Assembly: GCF_009914755.1 (NCBI RefSeq)
Contig: NC_060930.1
Direction: 5' to 3' (one strand)
DNA from: the human T2T-CHM13v2.0 reference genome, Homo sapiens
DNA length: 64,000 nt
Position numbers and translations under genes: made by a program. The notes beneath the pieces were generated by a model. That model searched no databases. It saw nothing but the letters and a program-made list of their open reading frames with translations, and was not told the origin of the DNA. Below are positions 42,401 through 55,486 of this stretch, in pieces; the stretch's first letter is position 1; every line of letters starts with the position of its first letter.

Positions 42401-44639
42401 TTGCCAACTTACTTTGCTTACTTACAGTTGAAATATTGAAGAGCTTATCAGTACCTATGGGTATCATCACACTTTTTAAGTAAAAAGCCACTCAAAAATT
42501 ATAATTTAAGCCAATCATTTAAAAGGCCTTTAGAAACTATCACTAAAGCTTCTGAGGCACTTGGGGACTCAAGAAATTCATTTCAGATCAACTCTCATGT
42601 CTGTCACATATTACTTCTATAAAGACAACTAAAGCACCAGAATAATCAGATGATATTTATATTCTATAATTTCAGAGCTAATTATTCTGGTTTTAGAGAA
42701 ATAGAGGTTCCTTATAATCTATGATAACTATCAGGAAATAATAATATCTTAGTTATATTCATCAGAAGTTAGAGAATTGGTCCACCAATCCCTCTTTTGT
42801 GTTTCTCCGACATAATTTTCTTCCCTACATCTCCAGGTTTTGCTGGCTTCTATACCAAAAGTCAGGCCTTCTATTGATTTTCCTAAGATAATTTCTTGGT
42901 GGTCTTGCAGGGGGAAAACATGAGCTATGGATAAGGCAACAAGGAAAATGAATATGACAACAAAACAAAGTGCTGTGAATAACAACAGCATGCATACCAA
43001 AAGATAGCATACTAATAAGATGAGACATTTGGGTCTTGTTCTGATATGCCAAAGCTTATCAGAATTGAATTGATTCACAGCTAAATTGACTCAAGCTGCC
43101 CTTGAAACAAGAATCTCTTAGAACCCTAATGTGCGGATGATGCTAGTTGGGAAAAAAAAAATACCCTGAATGAAACCAAACATAATTGATAAAAGCTGGA
43201 AGAGCTTCAAAACTCAAGCTGAATAACACTGGTGTTACAGAGTTCCTTAGCTTTGGAAGCTGAAGGATTCTTACACCTGGAGAAGCTATTCCAAGCACAG
43301 ATGTCAATTAAATGATTGTTCTCACTTTTAGTGAGAATGCCTATGCTGATCTCAGTTAACCTTCTTTTCTTTCTCATGATGAATGAGAAATAATGAAGAA
43401 AATCAAATGGTGGGTATTAATTCAATTGTTCATATTTTGAAAAATTATTAAATTGTGTTAGATAACTATCCTTGAATCTTCTCGTGTTTTCATCCAATAT
43501 TTATTAAAGTATCATATTTTGGTGAATCAACATCTACAGCATTTCTTTAGGAACTTTTACTTCCAAATTAAATACTCAATGAAAAGTTCTCAAAATATCA
43601 CTGAGACAGTTTTTCTTTCTTCCAGATTTAGTCAACAAACTAACATATTGTGGCCATCATTCCTTTTCCCATTTTTGAGCAGAATGAATCTCTCACTCTT
43701 GCTCTCTCTCTCTCATTTCTTCTCTCCACCAATTTCAGCATTGGTTTTTCTCTGCTTACTTTCCCTCCACACTCTCTCATTCATCCCCACAGTTGACATT
43801 TTAGTAGCTAGCCTTTTCAGAAACTTTTAATAGCAAATTAGAGCCCTCCATAATGAATAAATCTGGTTGAATTGAAAATTTATCTGGTTTTTAAAATAAA
43901 ACACAAAGTATTGGTAGTTTTTAAACAATCCATTTTTGTGCTTTCTGAAAACTGAGGTCAAAAACATAAGATTTTAAAAAGTTCATTAGGAGTGGAAGCT
44001 GTCAGAGTCTCAGGACTAAATGAACCAAGACACTGGGGCTGGAAGTAGACTTAGAACTCTAAGGTGAGAGTCCACAAACACTCTAGATCTTCAAGGCTAC
44101 AAGTCTCAGCACATGCAGTTTAGCAATGAAGGCAACCCACTATCTAGTCAGTGACTTACTTATCTTTGATTATAGCATTTGAGAATCAAGGAAAAGGCTG
44201 CCTTCTCCCACATAAACACCTTACAATTCCAGTTCTCCCCAACCTCCCTAGGCCATTGTATCAGTTTTCCTTATCAAGAGGAAATCCAGCCTTAGGTTAT
44301 ATCTGGCTTGAAATAAAGTTGTCTCTTGGTTCTTCTCTTGCAACGATAAAATTGCCCTACAGCACCTGAGATGGTTTCCAATATGGCCTGCTTGTATCTG
44401 TCTCCACTATCTAAAAATGGCAAGGCTTGTCATCCAGCCCAACCTGCCACTTTCTCTTTCAGTCATTTATGCCATATTTGATTTCAGGTCAGAAGATAAT
44501 TTCCTGCCCTTTTTACATGAGGTGTGAAATAAAGCCTCAGAAAAGCTGAAGCATTTTCACAAAGATCACTGAACTAGTTTGTAGGCAATCCACTTCTAAT
44601 TCTAATCCTGTGTAGTTTTCTTAAATCGTGGCTCCTTGT

Positions 44640-45125
44640 GTATTATTCAGAGTCCCAGAAGAAATTTCTCCCACAGACTGTAAATGTTAACACTTTAATA
44701 GATGATTTACAGCTGTGTGAGCAAGTTAAGGCAATCTTATCAAACAATAGTGAAGCATCCAGAAACTAGAAACAGGAACTTGCTAGTGGGAAGGCACTAC
44801 CACCCCCAGCGCTGAAGAGACTCAATGAGAAAACATCCTTGTGGGAGCCCAGTGAGAGCTGGAGCTGAGGAGAGGAAGACGCCCAGCAGGAGGTGCAGTG
44901 CGGTAGGACACAGCTAGCCAGAGAGGGGACATCAAAGAATAGCTGTCTCCTCCTCCCTCTGATCTCCTGCTGGTGCTTCCCACTGCCTGAACCCAACTCA
45001 AAGCCAACGAGTGAAAGATCCCAAGTGATTTATTCCTAGGAAGTCAGCTTTCAGAGTCCAAGAATGGATAACAGATCTGAAGGGAGTAGGGCTGAAAGGT
45101 AGGGAAAAAGAGAATAACCAACACA
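44640..45125 (-). mobile_element. LTR33/LTR41-like ERVL LTR
   Basis: ctaccacccccagcgctgaag, cagtgagagctggagctg, ctccctctgatctcctgctggtgcttcccactgcctgaacccaac, agagaataaccaacaca. Confidence 0.6.
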
Positions 45126-45137
45126 CTTTGTTTAGGT

Positions 45138-45197
45138 TTGTGAATTAATGGTTATAATTGTGAATTAATGGTTATAATTGTGAATTAATGGTTATAA
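45138..45197. repeat. Three perfect copies of the 20-mer ttgtgaattaatggttataa
   Basis: Copies at 45138, 45158 and 45178. Confidence 0.97.
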
Positions 45198-46664
45198 TTT
45201 TTGGAGGTATACTTCATGACAATAAAGGTCTGAATCATTCCAATTTAAAAGAGTCAGCTTAATACTTTACTTGAAATTCTATCCTTGTGTAATCTTACTT
45301 ATAAAAAAAGCACATGACCTCCAATATTCCTAAAACTATATGACATTTTTATCTGGCCAACCAATCATCTAGCATCAGGAAATGCATGTTACTAAGCCAG
45401 GTACTTTCTGACATGTAGTATGAGTTTCCCAAAGAGACTACATAGACCAAGTGAGAATTTTCGATGTCCTTCTCTTGAGAAGCTCCATGGGAAAAGCTGG
45501 AAAGAGGCCTGAACATGGAATCAACATAAGGCATTTCAATTGCCAAACTCACACTTTTCCTCTGCACTCACAGTCACTGAGTCCTATGGTGTCTCAGCTC
45601 CACTACTCCACAGACTCAAAGGACACTTATGACTCACAAAAGAGGAGCCTCCTTTGTTCCCAGATCTCTTTGTATATACTATTGATCTACAGCACTATTT
45701 ATCAACACTTTCTATCCTATGTCTCTAACAGTGCTTTCTCATTCTATCTCCTGCATATTTCCACTAACCGCTCATTGTTTGTAATTTGTGTTACTAATGG
45801 AATAAGTATATTGAACTTGCATCATCAAATATCCACTCACTGCCATCCCTCAAATTCTAATATGATCTTCACCCCTTTCCTGGGAAAAATGCTCCAATAA
45901 TTGAGAATCACTCACCTAGAGTCTTTGAACCATATAAGTGGAAACCATTGAAACCGAAAATATCTAGGATACATTTTGATAGCCCCATATTCTCCAGTAA
46001 GTATTGCCAACATCCCAGACAAAGGACTTTGTCCTGGCTTTTCATGATTTGATCTAGACTGGGCCTGTCACACATGTACAATTGATACAGCTGTTGGCCC
46101 CAAGAGTCCCCATTAAAAGTAGAAACAAGACTTTCTTGACCAGCCTGCCCATATGATGTGAAACCTTTGTCTATAGAATTCATGTCTACAAAAATGTGGC
46201 AACTCAAGGAGCACGCTAGGCTGAGTCACGATCTTAGCTGGGAAGGCTCCTGCTTCCTCTAACTCTTTTTCTTAGCCCTTTGCAATCTCATTCATCTTCT
46301 ACTTTCTACAATATCTGATGTCTTATAGATTCTTCCCCACTTTTTTAATCAAACTGTTTTTCAAAATTCATTTGCCCTGGAGTATAGATCAGTAATAACA
46401 ACTTAACATGTAATCCAGCCCACCCCACCTAAAATAGGATTTGAGTGTAAGCATTAATAAGGTCGGATAGGCAAGGAGCAAGCTAAGTACCTGTAGAGGC
46501 TGAGATTGATCTTCAAAAGCAAAAGTCTTTGACACCAATTTTCCTGAGTTTCTGGCCTCTGCTCAGCCCTGGTTGTATTTTGCTTTTCTATTCTAGACTG
46601 GTTTCTACTATAGTTAGTATATTTGGTAATAATTACTATATTCACACATTGTGTGTTATATTAC

Positions 46665-47020
46665 TGACATGGCTTGGCTGTGTCCCCATCCAAATCTCAC
46701 CTTGAATTGTAGTGAGTTCCATGTGTCAAGGGTGGGGCCAAGTGGAGATAATTGAATCATGGGGTCAGTTTTCCCCGTACTGTTCTGGTGTGGTAAATAA
46801 GTCTCACCAGATCTGACAGTTTTATAAATTGGAGTTCTGCTGCACAAGCTCTCTTGCCTGCCACCATGTAAGATGTGGCTTTGCTCCTCCTTCACCTTCC
46901 ACCATGATTGTGGGGCTTCCCCAGCCATGTGGAACTCTGAGTCCATTAAACCTCCTTCCCTGTATTAATTACCCAGTCTCAGGTATGTCTTTATTAGCAG
47001 CATAAGAACAGACTAATACA
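46665..47020 (+). mobile_element. THE1B-like solo LTR
   Basis: tgacatggcttggctgtgtccccatccaaatctcaccttgaattgtag...ttattagcagcataagaacagactaataca. TSD attac/gttac. Confidence 0.92.
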
Positions 47021-47029
47021 GTTACTCAG

Positions 47030-50000
47030 TATATTTCCAAAGCAATTGCACCATTTTACATTCTCATCATCATTGTATGATGGTTCTAATTTCTCCAGAT
47101 CCCTGCCAACAACTTATTCTCTTTGATTATAGGTATCTACTGGGTGTGAAATGGTATTTCATTGTGGTTTTGACTTGCATATCCCCAATGGGTAATCATT
47201 ACATGTGGTTATTGGTCATTTTTATATCTTTTTTGAAAAATGTTTATTGAGATGTGATGTTCATTCTAAATGGGTTATGTCTTTTTATTATTGAATTGTA
47301 CATCTTTACATATTTTAGATATAAGTATCTTAGATATATGATTTGCAAATATTTTCTCTAATATTGTGGTTCATCTTTTCACCTTGGTAGTATCCTTTGA
47401 AGCACAAACATTTTTAATTTTGATAAATTTCAAGTTGTCTAATTTTTATTTTGCTGCTTGTGCTCAAATCTAAGAATACTTTACCTAAAGCAAAGTCAGA
47501 AAGATCCATACCTATATTTACTTCGAAGAGGTTTATAAACTTACCTGTTACGTTTAGCTATAGGATTAATTTGAGTTACTTTTTGTGTATAGTATAAGCA
47601 AGGAATCCAATATCATTCTTTTGCATGTAGATGTCCAGGAATCTCAGCATCATTCACTGAAGGCTATTTCTTTCCTCATTGAATTGTCTGGGCACTCTTG
47701 TTCCAAATTAATTCAACATAAATGTACAGGTTTACCTATGGACTCTCAACTCTATTTCATTGTTCTATATGGCTACCCTTTGTCAACACCACACTTTTTT
47801 GATTATTGTAGCTCTGTAGTAAGTTTTGAAATCGGAACATGTGGGTCCTTCAGCTTTGTTATTTTTCAGGGTTGTTTTGACTATTCTAGGCTCCTTGAAT
47901 TTCCATATAAATTTTAGGAGAAACTTGCCAGTATTTGTAAAGAAACCACCTGGGATTTTAATAAATCTTGTGTTTAATTTGTAGATCAGTCTGAAGAGTA
48001 CTGCTACCTTAACAATGTTAAGTCTTGAGATCCATGAATATGGGATGTCTTTCTATTTAATTAGAACATCTTTAAATTCTCTCAACTTTCAGGATATAAG
48101 TCTTATACTTCTTTTGTTAAATTTTGTTCATGTATTTTATTCTTTTTGATGCTGTTGCAAATGGAATCGCTTTCTCAATTTAACTTTGATTGCTAATTGC
48201 TAGTGTAAAGAAACTCAATTGATTTTTGTATATTAACCCCAAATCTTGCAACTTTGTTCAAGTCATTTATTAATTCTCATGGTCTTTTTAGTGGATTCTT
48301 TAGGATTTTTCTATATACAACATTATGTCATCTGCAAATAGATATAGTTTTGTTTCTTTTTTCCCAATCTGGAAGCCTTCTATTTTTTTCCTTACCTAAT
48401 TGCCCTGCCTAGAACCTTCAGTATAATGTTAAATAAAAGTGACAGGAACAAACATCTTTATACCTGATCTTATGAAGAAAGCATTGGCTTTTTCACCATT
48501 AAATTTGATTTTAACTATGGGATTTTTATAGATTCCTTTGACAAGGTTGAGGAAGTTTCTTTCTATTCCAAGTTTGTTGTGTGTTTTTATCCTGAAGTGA
48601 GGTTACATTTTGTTAAATGCTTTTTCTGAGTATGTGGAGATGATTGTGTGTTTTTTGTCCTTTATTCTGTTGATATGGTGCATTTCATTAGTTTTCAAAT
48701 GTTAGACATTTCTTGAATTTCTGGGTTAAATCTCACTTGGTTAGTATATAAATTATTTTATATGCTACTTTATTTTGTTTGCTAGTATTTTGTGAGGATA
48801 TTCGCATCTACATTCATATAAGATATTGGTCTTTGGTTTTGTTTGTGCTACGATTTAAATGTATCCCCTCCAAAATTCACATTGAAACCCAATTCTCATT
48901 GTAGTGGTATTAAGAGGCAAGGCCTTTGGGGAAGTAATTAAGTCATGAGGGCTTCACTCTTATAAATTGATTAGTGCCTTATAAAAGGACTAGCGGCAAC
49001 TAGCTTAGGCCCCTTTTGTACTTCTGCCTTCCACCATGTGAGGACACAGCATCTGTTCCTTTTAAAGGGTGCAGCAACAAGGCATCATCTTGGAAGCAGG
49101 GAACAGGGCCCTCACTAGACACGAAATCTGCCAATTCCTTGATCTTGGACTTCCCACCTCTAGAATTGTGAGAAGTTTCTGTTGTTTATAGATTATTCGT
49201 GGCAGATATTTTCTTAAAGCAGATCAAATGAACAAAGATAGTTTATTTGGTTTTTTCTTATGATATCGTTGTCTGGTTTTGGTATTGGAGTAATACTAGA
49301 TTCATAGAATAAATTGAGAATGTTCTTTCCTGTTATTTGAAGAATTTCTAAATAATGATTATGCTTCTTTAAATGTTTGGTAGACATCACCCGTGAAGTC
49401 ATCTGTGCCTGGGACTTTCTTTTTAGATAGTTTTTGATTATTCTTTCAATATCTTCACTTGATATAGGTCTATTCAGAATGCCTATTCCTTCTTGAGTTA
49501 GTTTTGATAGCTTGTGTCCTTGTAGAAATTATTTTGTTTAAATCACGTAATTTGTGGGCATGTAGTGGGTATAATCTCTATCAATCTTTTTTCAAGTTCA
49601 TTAACTCTTTCTTCTCTTAGTTCAGATCTAATGTTGAGTCCCTCTAGTGGATGTTTGACTTCAGCTATTGCACTTTTCAACTCCAGGATTTCCATTGGAT
49701 TCTTTCTTATAATTTTTATTTTCTTATTGATAACCTCCATTTAAAGGGGCATTGTCATCACATCTCCCTTTATTTCTTCATTCATGTTTCCACCTAGTTT
49801 TTAAAATATATTTATAATAGCCGTTTTGAAATCTTTGTTATATCTGACCCTCATAGGTATCTGAGCCCTCTCACAGTTTCTCTTGCCTGGTTTTTCTTAC
49901 ATATGGGTCACACTTTCCTATTTCTTTGCATGTCTTATAATTTTTTGTTGAAAACAGTACATTTTAAGTAATATATTGTGGTAACTCTAAATACTGATTT

Positions 50001-51300
50001 CTACTTCTCCCCAGAACTTCTTGTTATGGGTTTAGTGACTTAGCTAGAATATTCTAGTGAAATCTATTTCCCTTGCAGGGTGAAGCCTCTGATGTTTCTC
50101 CTCAAGAGGTGTACATAGTGACCCTAAAATAACAGTTTTTTAACAGAGCTCTCTTTGACTTTCTTTAATTTAAGTCTTAAATTAAGGAGTCTTAAATTAA
50201 GACTCCTGAAGTCTTAATTAACCTGTCTGCCTCTGTTGGTATTACACCCAGCCATTAAGCTCCACTAATTGCCAGCTGATTTTTCTTTTGTGTTCCACAA
50301 TGTCTTGGGGGCATCATTTGCTCCACAGTCTAATTCAATTCATTTCTGGCCCCATTGTAGAGAGAGTTTTTGAGCAGTCTTTGAGGTTTATTCTGACTCC
50401 AGGCAGGCTTTTCTCAGCTGTTCTCTCTGGTAATCTATCTGACCTAGGGTTTATCTTGTTGCTCTAATAGAGCTAGTTGTCTCTCATAAATTGCATATCA
50501 CCAAAATTTCCATTGTTTTCAAGAGCATCCTTAGGCTCGAACATCTCTACACTTTGTTCTAAATAAAGTCAATTACTTTAGGGATAACTTGGGAGCTCTA
50601 TCTCCCAGTGGACCATCTCTACCCCCTACCTACACCCCAGGCAAAACTTCTGAGACCACTTCTCAGGGCCTGGGGAAAGACAGCCCACTTCTCTTAGATT
50701 AAAACCTCTGCTTTAGGGCCTGGTTGAGGTGATAGCCTCTGGTCTTCTCAGCTTTCCTCTCCTAGAATGCAACCTCAACCTTGCAGCAGAGCTTGGGTGA
50801 GAGTATTCAGGGCCCTGGTCTTGACAGCTTGCTGTATCAGGAGTATGGTCTCCATCTGGTGAGTGGATCCTTAATAGAGAAAGAGATTCTCTTACCTCAT
50901 AGCTTTATTTGCCTAGAATTTAGCCTCTGCAACATGAGGCTAGAGAATATGAGAGATTTTGGCTTCCTAATCCTCTTAGGGAAATACCTTAGTCCTTGAC
51001 TGGGAGCTGGGGAGGAAAGAACTTAGTTGGTCATACCCATCTGAAATGCCATCAAACTGAGCTGAGTCCAGGTAGCAAGGAGGAGAGGAAGTGAAGGAGC
51101 AACTCTTGGCTCAACAACAGACTCTTGCTATTCTTACCATAATAAAGTAAATTCTCTTGAATAAATGTTGCTTCATTTGCTATATGCCCTTAGGACAATT
51201 TTCAAAGACTTACAAATTAAATAATTTTCACTACTTATGATTATTTCACTGGGAACAATATCCAAGGAATTCCTCATATAACCACTAAAGAAGTGGACTT
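47030..51300 (-). mobile_element. Old L1M element, antisense (ORF2, ORF1 and 5' pieces with internal deletions)
   Basis: attatgtcatctgcaaatag, ggttgaggaagtttctttctattcc, atctgtgcctgggact, ORF1-like ORF 49543-49740. Confidence 0.75.
48847..49200 (+). mobile_element. MLT1A/MSTD-like LTR nested in the L1M
   Basis: tgctacgatttaaatgtatcccctccaaaattcacattgaaac, ccatgtgaggacacagc, catcttggaagcag, ttgatcttggacttccc. Confidence 0.8.
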
Positions 51301-54300
51301 TTTTTTTTTCTCTGCTTCATTTTAACTATGCTGGAAGACCCTCTCCCTCTGTGCTACAGAGGCTATGAAAGAAGCACCTAATGCTGGAATTTCAGTCTGA
51401 TAGGAGCAGATTCGGTGGTAGATCTCAGAAGTAATTTCTTAGAGCCCCAGAAATTAGCCAACATCAGCCTAGAAGAAGAGAGATCTTCCACCTTTTCAAA
51501 ATATAGATCTGGCCCATGGTTCCATCTCAGAGCACCTTTAATTGCCAGGAAAGTAAAGGCTGTGGTTTTCAAGAAAAGATTTTATGATGTTTTTTTACTT
51601 TCAAATTGAGTTGCTTTTCTGAGATTTCATTAATGCATCAAAGGGAAAGAAATAAAGGGGAGAAAAGCAATTGAAAGAAAGTAGGGAGCGGAGCGTAAAT
51701 AATAAACAAACAAAACCCAGGACACCTATTTGGCTGGAGTTTGATAAATGTGGCTGATTAGTGAATTGCTTCAAGGTTTTGCAGATCTATGGTAGGAGTC
51801 AAAAATGATATAAATCCCCCATATAACCTAGGGAGCATCAGATTTGCTTCTTGGCTCTCTCAGGGACTGCCCCTGCTGTTACTGACTCCTATGTTGGCCT
51901 ACCTGCTCCCCACTATGTGATTTCTTATACCAACACAATTTCATTTATCACACTGAGACTTTTTTTCAACAAGTAGTATCAGGCTCCTGGTACATCTTTA
52001 GTCCCTGTATATGCCCATCTGCTTCATCTTGAGGTTTTAAATTTCACTGATAAATAAATGTTTGTTCTTTACAACATACACATTATCAAAGCTTAAAACA
52101 AACTGCCTGACAATAGTCTAGCTTGAAGTGATGTGCTCATGTTTTTCTATTACTTAATCTGAATTTAGCTTCCATGTTCTTGAGAATAATTTTAATAAAC
52201 TGGGGAGTGCATCATAATGATTCAAAGTTTGGGTTCTGAGTTAGAGATATTTGAATTCTAATCCCGAATTTGTGATTTATTAGCTCTGTGACCTTGAGCA
52301 CATAAATCTCTCTAAACTTCTGTCCCTTCATCCATTATATGATTATATAAGACAAATTTATAATAATTGCTAAAAATGTTTTTGAGCATTTATTATGTGC
52401 CAGTAAGTAATCTAAGGGCTTTCCATATATTAAGTCATTTAACATCTATTATGTGTTTTGCACCATAATGGCACATAATAAAGCACTTAATAAATGTTTG
52501 CTATTATTAATTAATCAAATTAAATATAAGCCACCCATTAACAATCAGAAATAAGTATCATCACTTTCTATCACAACAAAGACTAGCTTGGCCTTTATAG
52601 AATATAATCTTTCTATGTATTTGTTTTCAGTATGTTGTAAGAATAATGAGACCATATTTTACAAAACAGATTCAAATTAGTACCATCTTTAACAGTGATA
52701 AAATGAAAGTCTTTTTCCTCTTTTTGTCTTAGCTCAGATATAATCTTCTCCAAGAAGATTCTCTTCTACCCAATGTCCCACTGTCCTTCACCCACCCTGC
52801 CAACTTGGTTCAGTTACTCTCATATCATCTATAATGGTTCTTTTCATATTGTTACACTCGATTTTAACAATCTCTTTAGTAAGATTTCACTGCAGAATTC
52901 ACATATGAATTGCCAGTCATTTTCAGTGCACTGGTGACAAAAAATGTAATGAGAAATTGGACCAGATTTTTAAGGAAGTTCCTCTCTACTCACAAGTTCC
53001 AGGAAGAGACTCTGGATTTCACATGGAAAGTACTCAGTGGGCTGCCTGCCCACAAGAATTAAAACCCCAAACAAGGTCCACTTGAAGTTCATGTGTCCCA
53101 GGATGGCTAAGGAGAGTGTTTTCAGTGACTAGAAACTTAGCCAAGAGGCATTCACTTTGTTTATAAGTAGGTTATTAAGCTCTAAATTTGTTAAAGTGAC
53201 TTTCTAGATATATATTTTATTGATCTGTAGAATAAAATACTTGCACATGGAAATCTAAGGAATAATACAGTCAATAACCACTTAATAGCCAGCCCAATTT
53301 GAGACAGCATTCAAAATACCCAAGATAAAGCTATGGTAAACAACCGAATTGCATCCAGCTTGGATAGTAAATAATACCTTGGTGCCATTATCTGAATTGA
53401 TAGTCTTATAAGACATTTCCTCTAGTAACAATACTAACCATTTATTGAACACTTGCCTTTACTAACATGATGGCACCTAATTCTTACCTGAGTTCTGCAG
53501 ATCAGCTTCACTAGAAGTCCTCCAGACTTGAGATATATCTCTACTAAGAAATATGTCATGACAAAGATAATTCTGCTAAATAGCTGAATAACTTGAGGAC
53601 TGAGAAGCAATTTCTAATGAGCCATAATTTAGACATAGTAAATAGAATGTTTCTGAGAAAAGAAACATTTCTCAGAAACATTTGAGATGTACATTTGTTT
53701 CTGGAACATTCTCTGTAACAGTTTGCTGATATCCTACTCATTGTAATCAATAACAAAACATCCACATGAAAATAGTTCCTGTGCCAAATATAGGAAAAAA
53801 AACAATTCTACTTATTTAGGAATTTCTATTAAAAATTACATCAGTTACTATATATGATTATATATGTATACATGTTTATAAATGTATTATCTCAAATACA
53901 ATATTGCAAGGGAGTGATTTCTTACACCAACACAATTTTATTTTCCGTTAGTGGGTATAATAAATGGGTATTATACCCATCTGATGGATTAGGAAAGTAA
54001 AGAGAAGTTGAGTTACTCTCCCAAAGCAGCTAAAAAGTGGCAGAGTCCAGACTCATATCCAGGTCTTCCTGGCTCCAGAGCCTTGCTATTGCACTGTCAA
54101 TCCTCAGGTGGACTGCGCTCTTAGTATTTTATTCTTAAAATATAACCCTTGGCCTTACAACCTAAGAACACAATGTTATTTAAGAAATACCTAATTTCAA
54201 TTGATTTAAAATTTGTGAAACTATCCTTATTAACAACTTCTGACAGAGGTCAAGAAAATAAAACTATTCCCGGAGTTTTCCTATTTCTATATCCCTTCAT

Positions 54301-55139
54301 TTTCCTCCTCCACATTCTTCCATCTGGCTAAATCAAGACAAACAATATTAGATGCCTCTGGTGTCAGATCCTATACAAAGGTCTTCACCATGATCCCCAA
54401 GAAGCATTGAGAAACCCAATTGCTATATTGAGACCAATTTATGGAACTATTGGATAGCAACGGTGGGGAGAGAAGACAGCATTTATTTAGTGACCAGTAT
54501 GCTAGACATGTTCAAATATTATCTTCTCTAACTCTGTTGATAAGAGTGAAAAAGACTATAATCTACTGTTAAAGGAGAAACAGGTGCTAACATTTAAAAT
54601 AATGGAATGAAAACTGAAGAGAAAGTAAGAAAACTTCCCCTCAACAAGTGAACTAGAACAACCCTTATGAACTAGAATAACCACTACAGGAGAGTCTCTA
54701 ATGCCTTTTCACAAGATTTGTATCTACATTAATTTTCTAATATGGTAAAAAAAAAAAAATATTGCTAATATTGGCATTAATCTCTCCATAACTCTAGAAA
54801 CAAGCATGAGGCCCAAGTTTTCAGGACTTGGGAACTGACATGTTAAGAAACTTCTTAAGATCACAGTTAGAAAGCATCTGCACCAAGGTTCCAATCCAGG
54901 TGTGAGAGCAAAGTTTGCACTCCTAACTACGTTGTTATTTGTATTAGTAACAGGATTATGCCTACATCACCACAGATAAACAGTGAGGACAGTGCAGTAT
55001 AGTAAGAAAGTACAGGTTGGAAACCTCCTCCCTTTTCTAACTGCATGACCTTGGGTAACAGTTTAATTTTCTTTATGTGTTTTTTTCTCTCATCTGTACA
55101 ACGAGGACAATAATACTTACAAGAATGTCTACGTGAAGG

Positions 55140-55486
55140 TGTTGCAGGACTCTCTCCGTAGCTCAGCTAAAGACAGGGTCCTCGTCACATGATCATGAAA
55201 AAAGGCTCACATATAATTTAAAAGGGGAGAAAAAAGGAATTTATTGGGTGAAAAGGGAAAAGAAAAGGAAACAGGGACTCTCCACAAAGGAAGACTGAGA
55301 GTCTCGTTAGTACATGCTTCCCACCTGGCAGATTGAATTCCAGGTAACACCCAGGAAGAGGAAGGGCCAGGCTCCTCCCCACTGCAAAAGGCACGAACTT
55401 CTGTGGCTCCACCCCAGTGCGCACTCCTCCCAGTGCGCAGGCCGGCTGGAGTTTCTCTGAGAACCCCTTCCCACCTGGCTGTCTTA
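55140..55486 (-). mobile_element. MER61 ERV1 solo LTR inserted in a MIR
   Basis: Ends tgttgcaggact... and ...ccacctggctgtctta. 4-bp TSD aagg at 55136-55139 and 55487-55490. MIR continues on both sides. Confidence 0.88.

Noticed and set aside
45451-45900. 149-aa ORF
   Set aside because: Non-ATG start, no recognisable domain, and no splice support.
42102-53543. Possible minus-strand lncRNA exons (42102-42154, donor at 45915, 53488-53543)
   Set aside because: Donors are good but acceptors are weak; this many motifs is expected by chance in 64 kb, and there is no transcript evidence.
55308-55330. p53 response element in MER61
   Set aside because: Some MER61 subfamilies carry p53 sites, but here I see only one imperfect half-site (gtacatgctt) with no adjacent partner.
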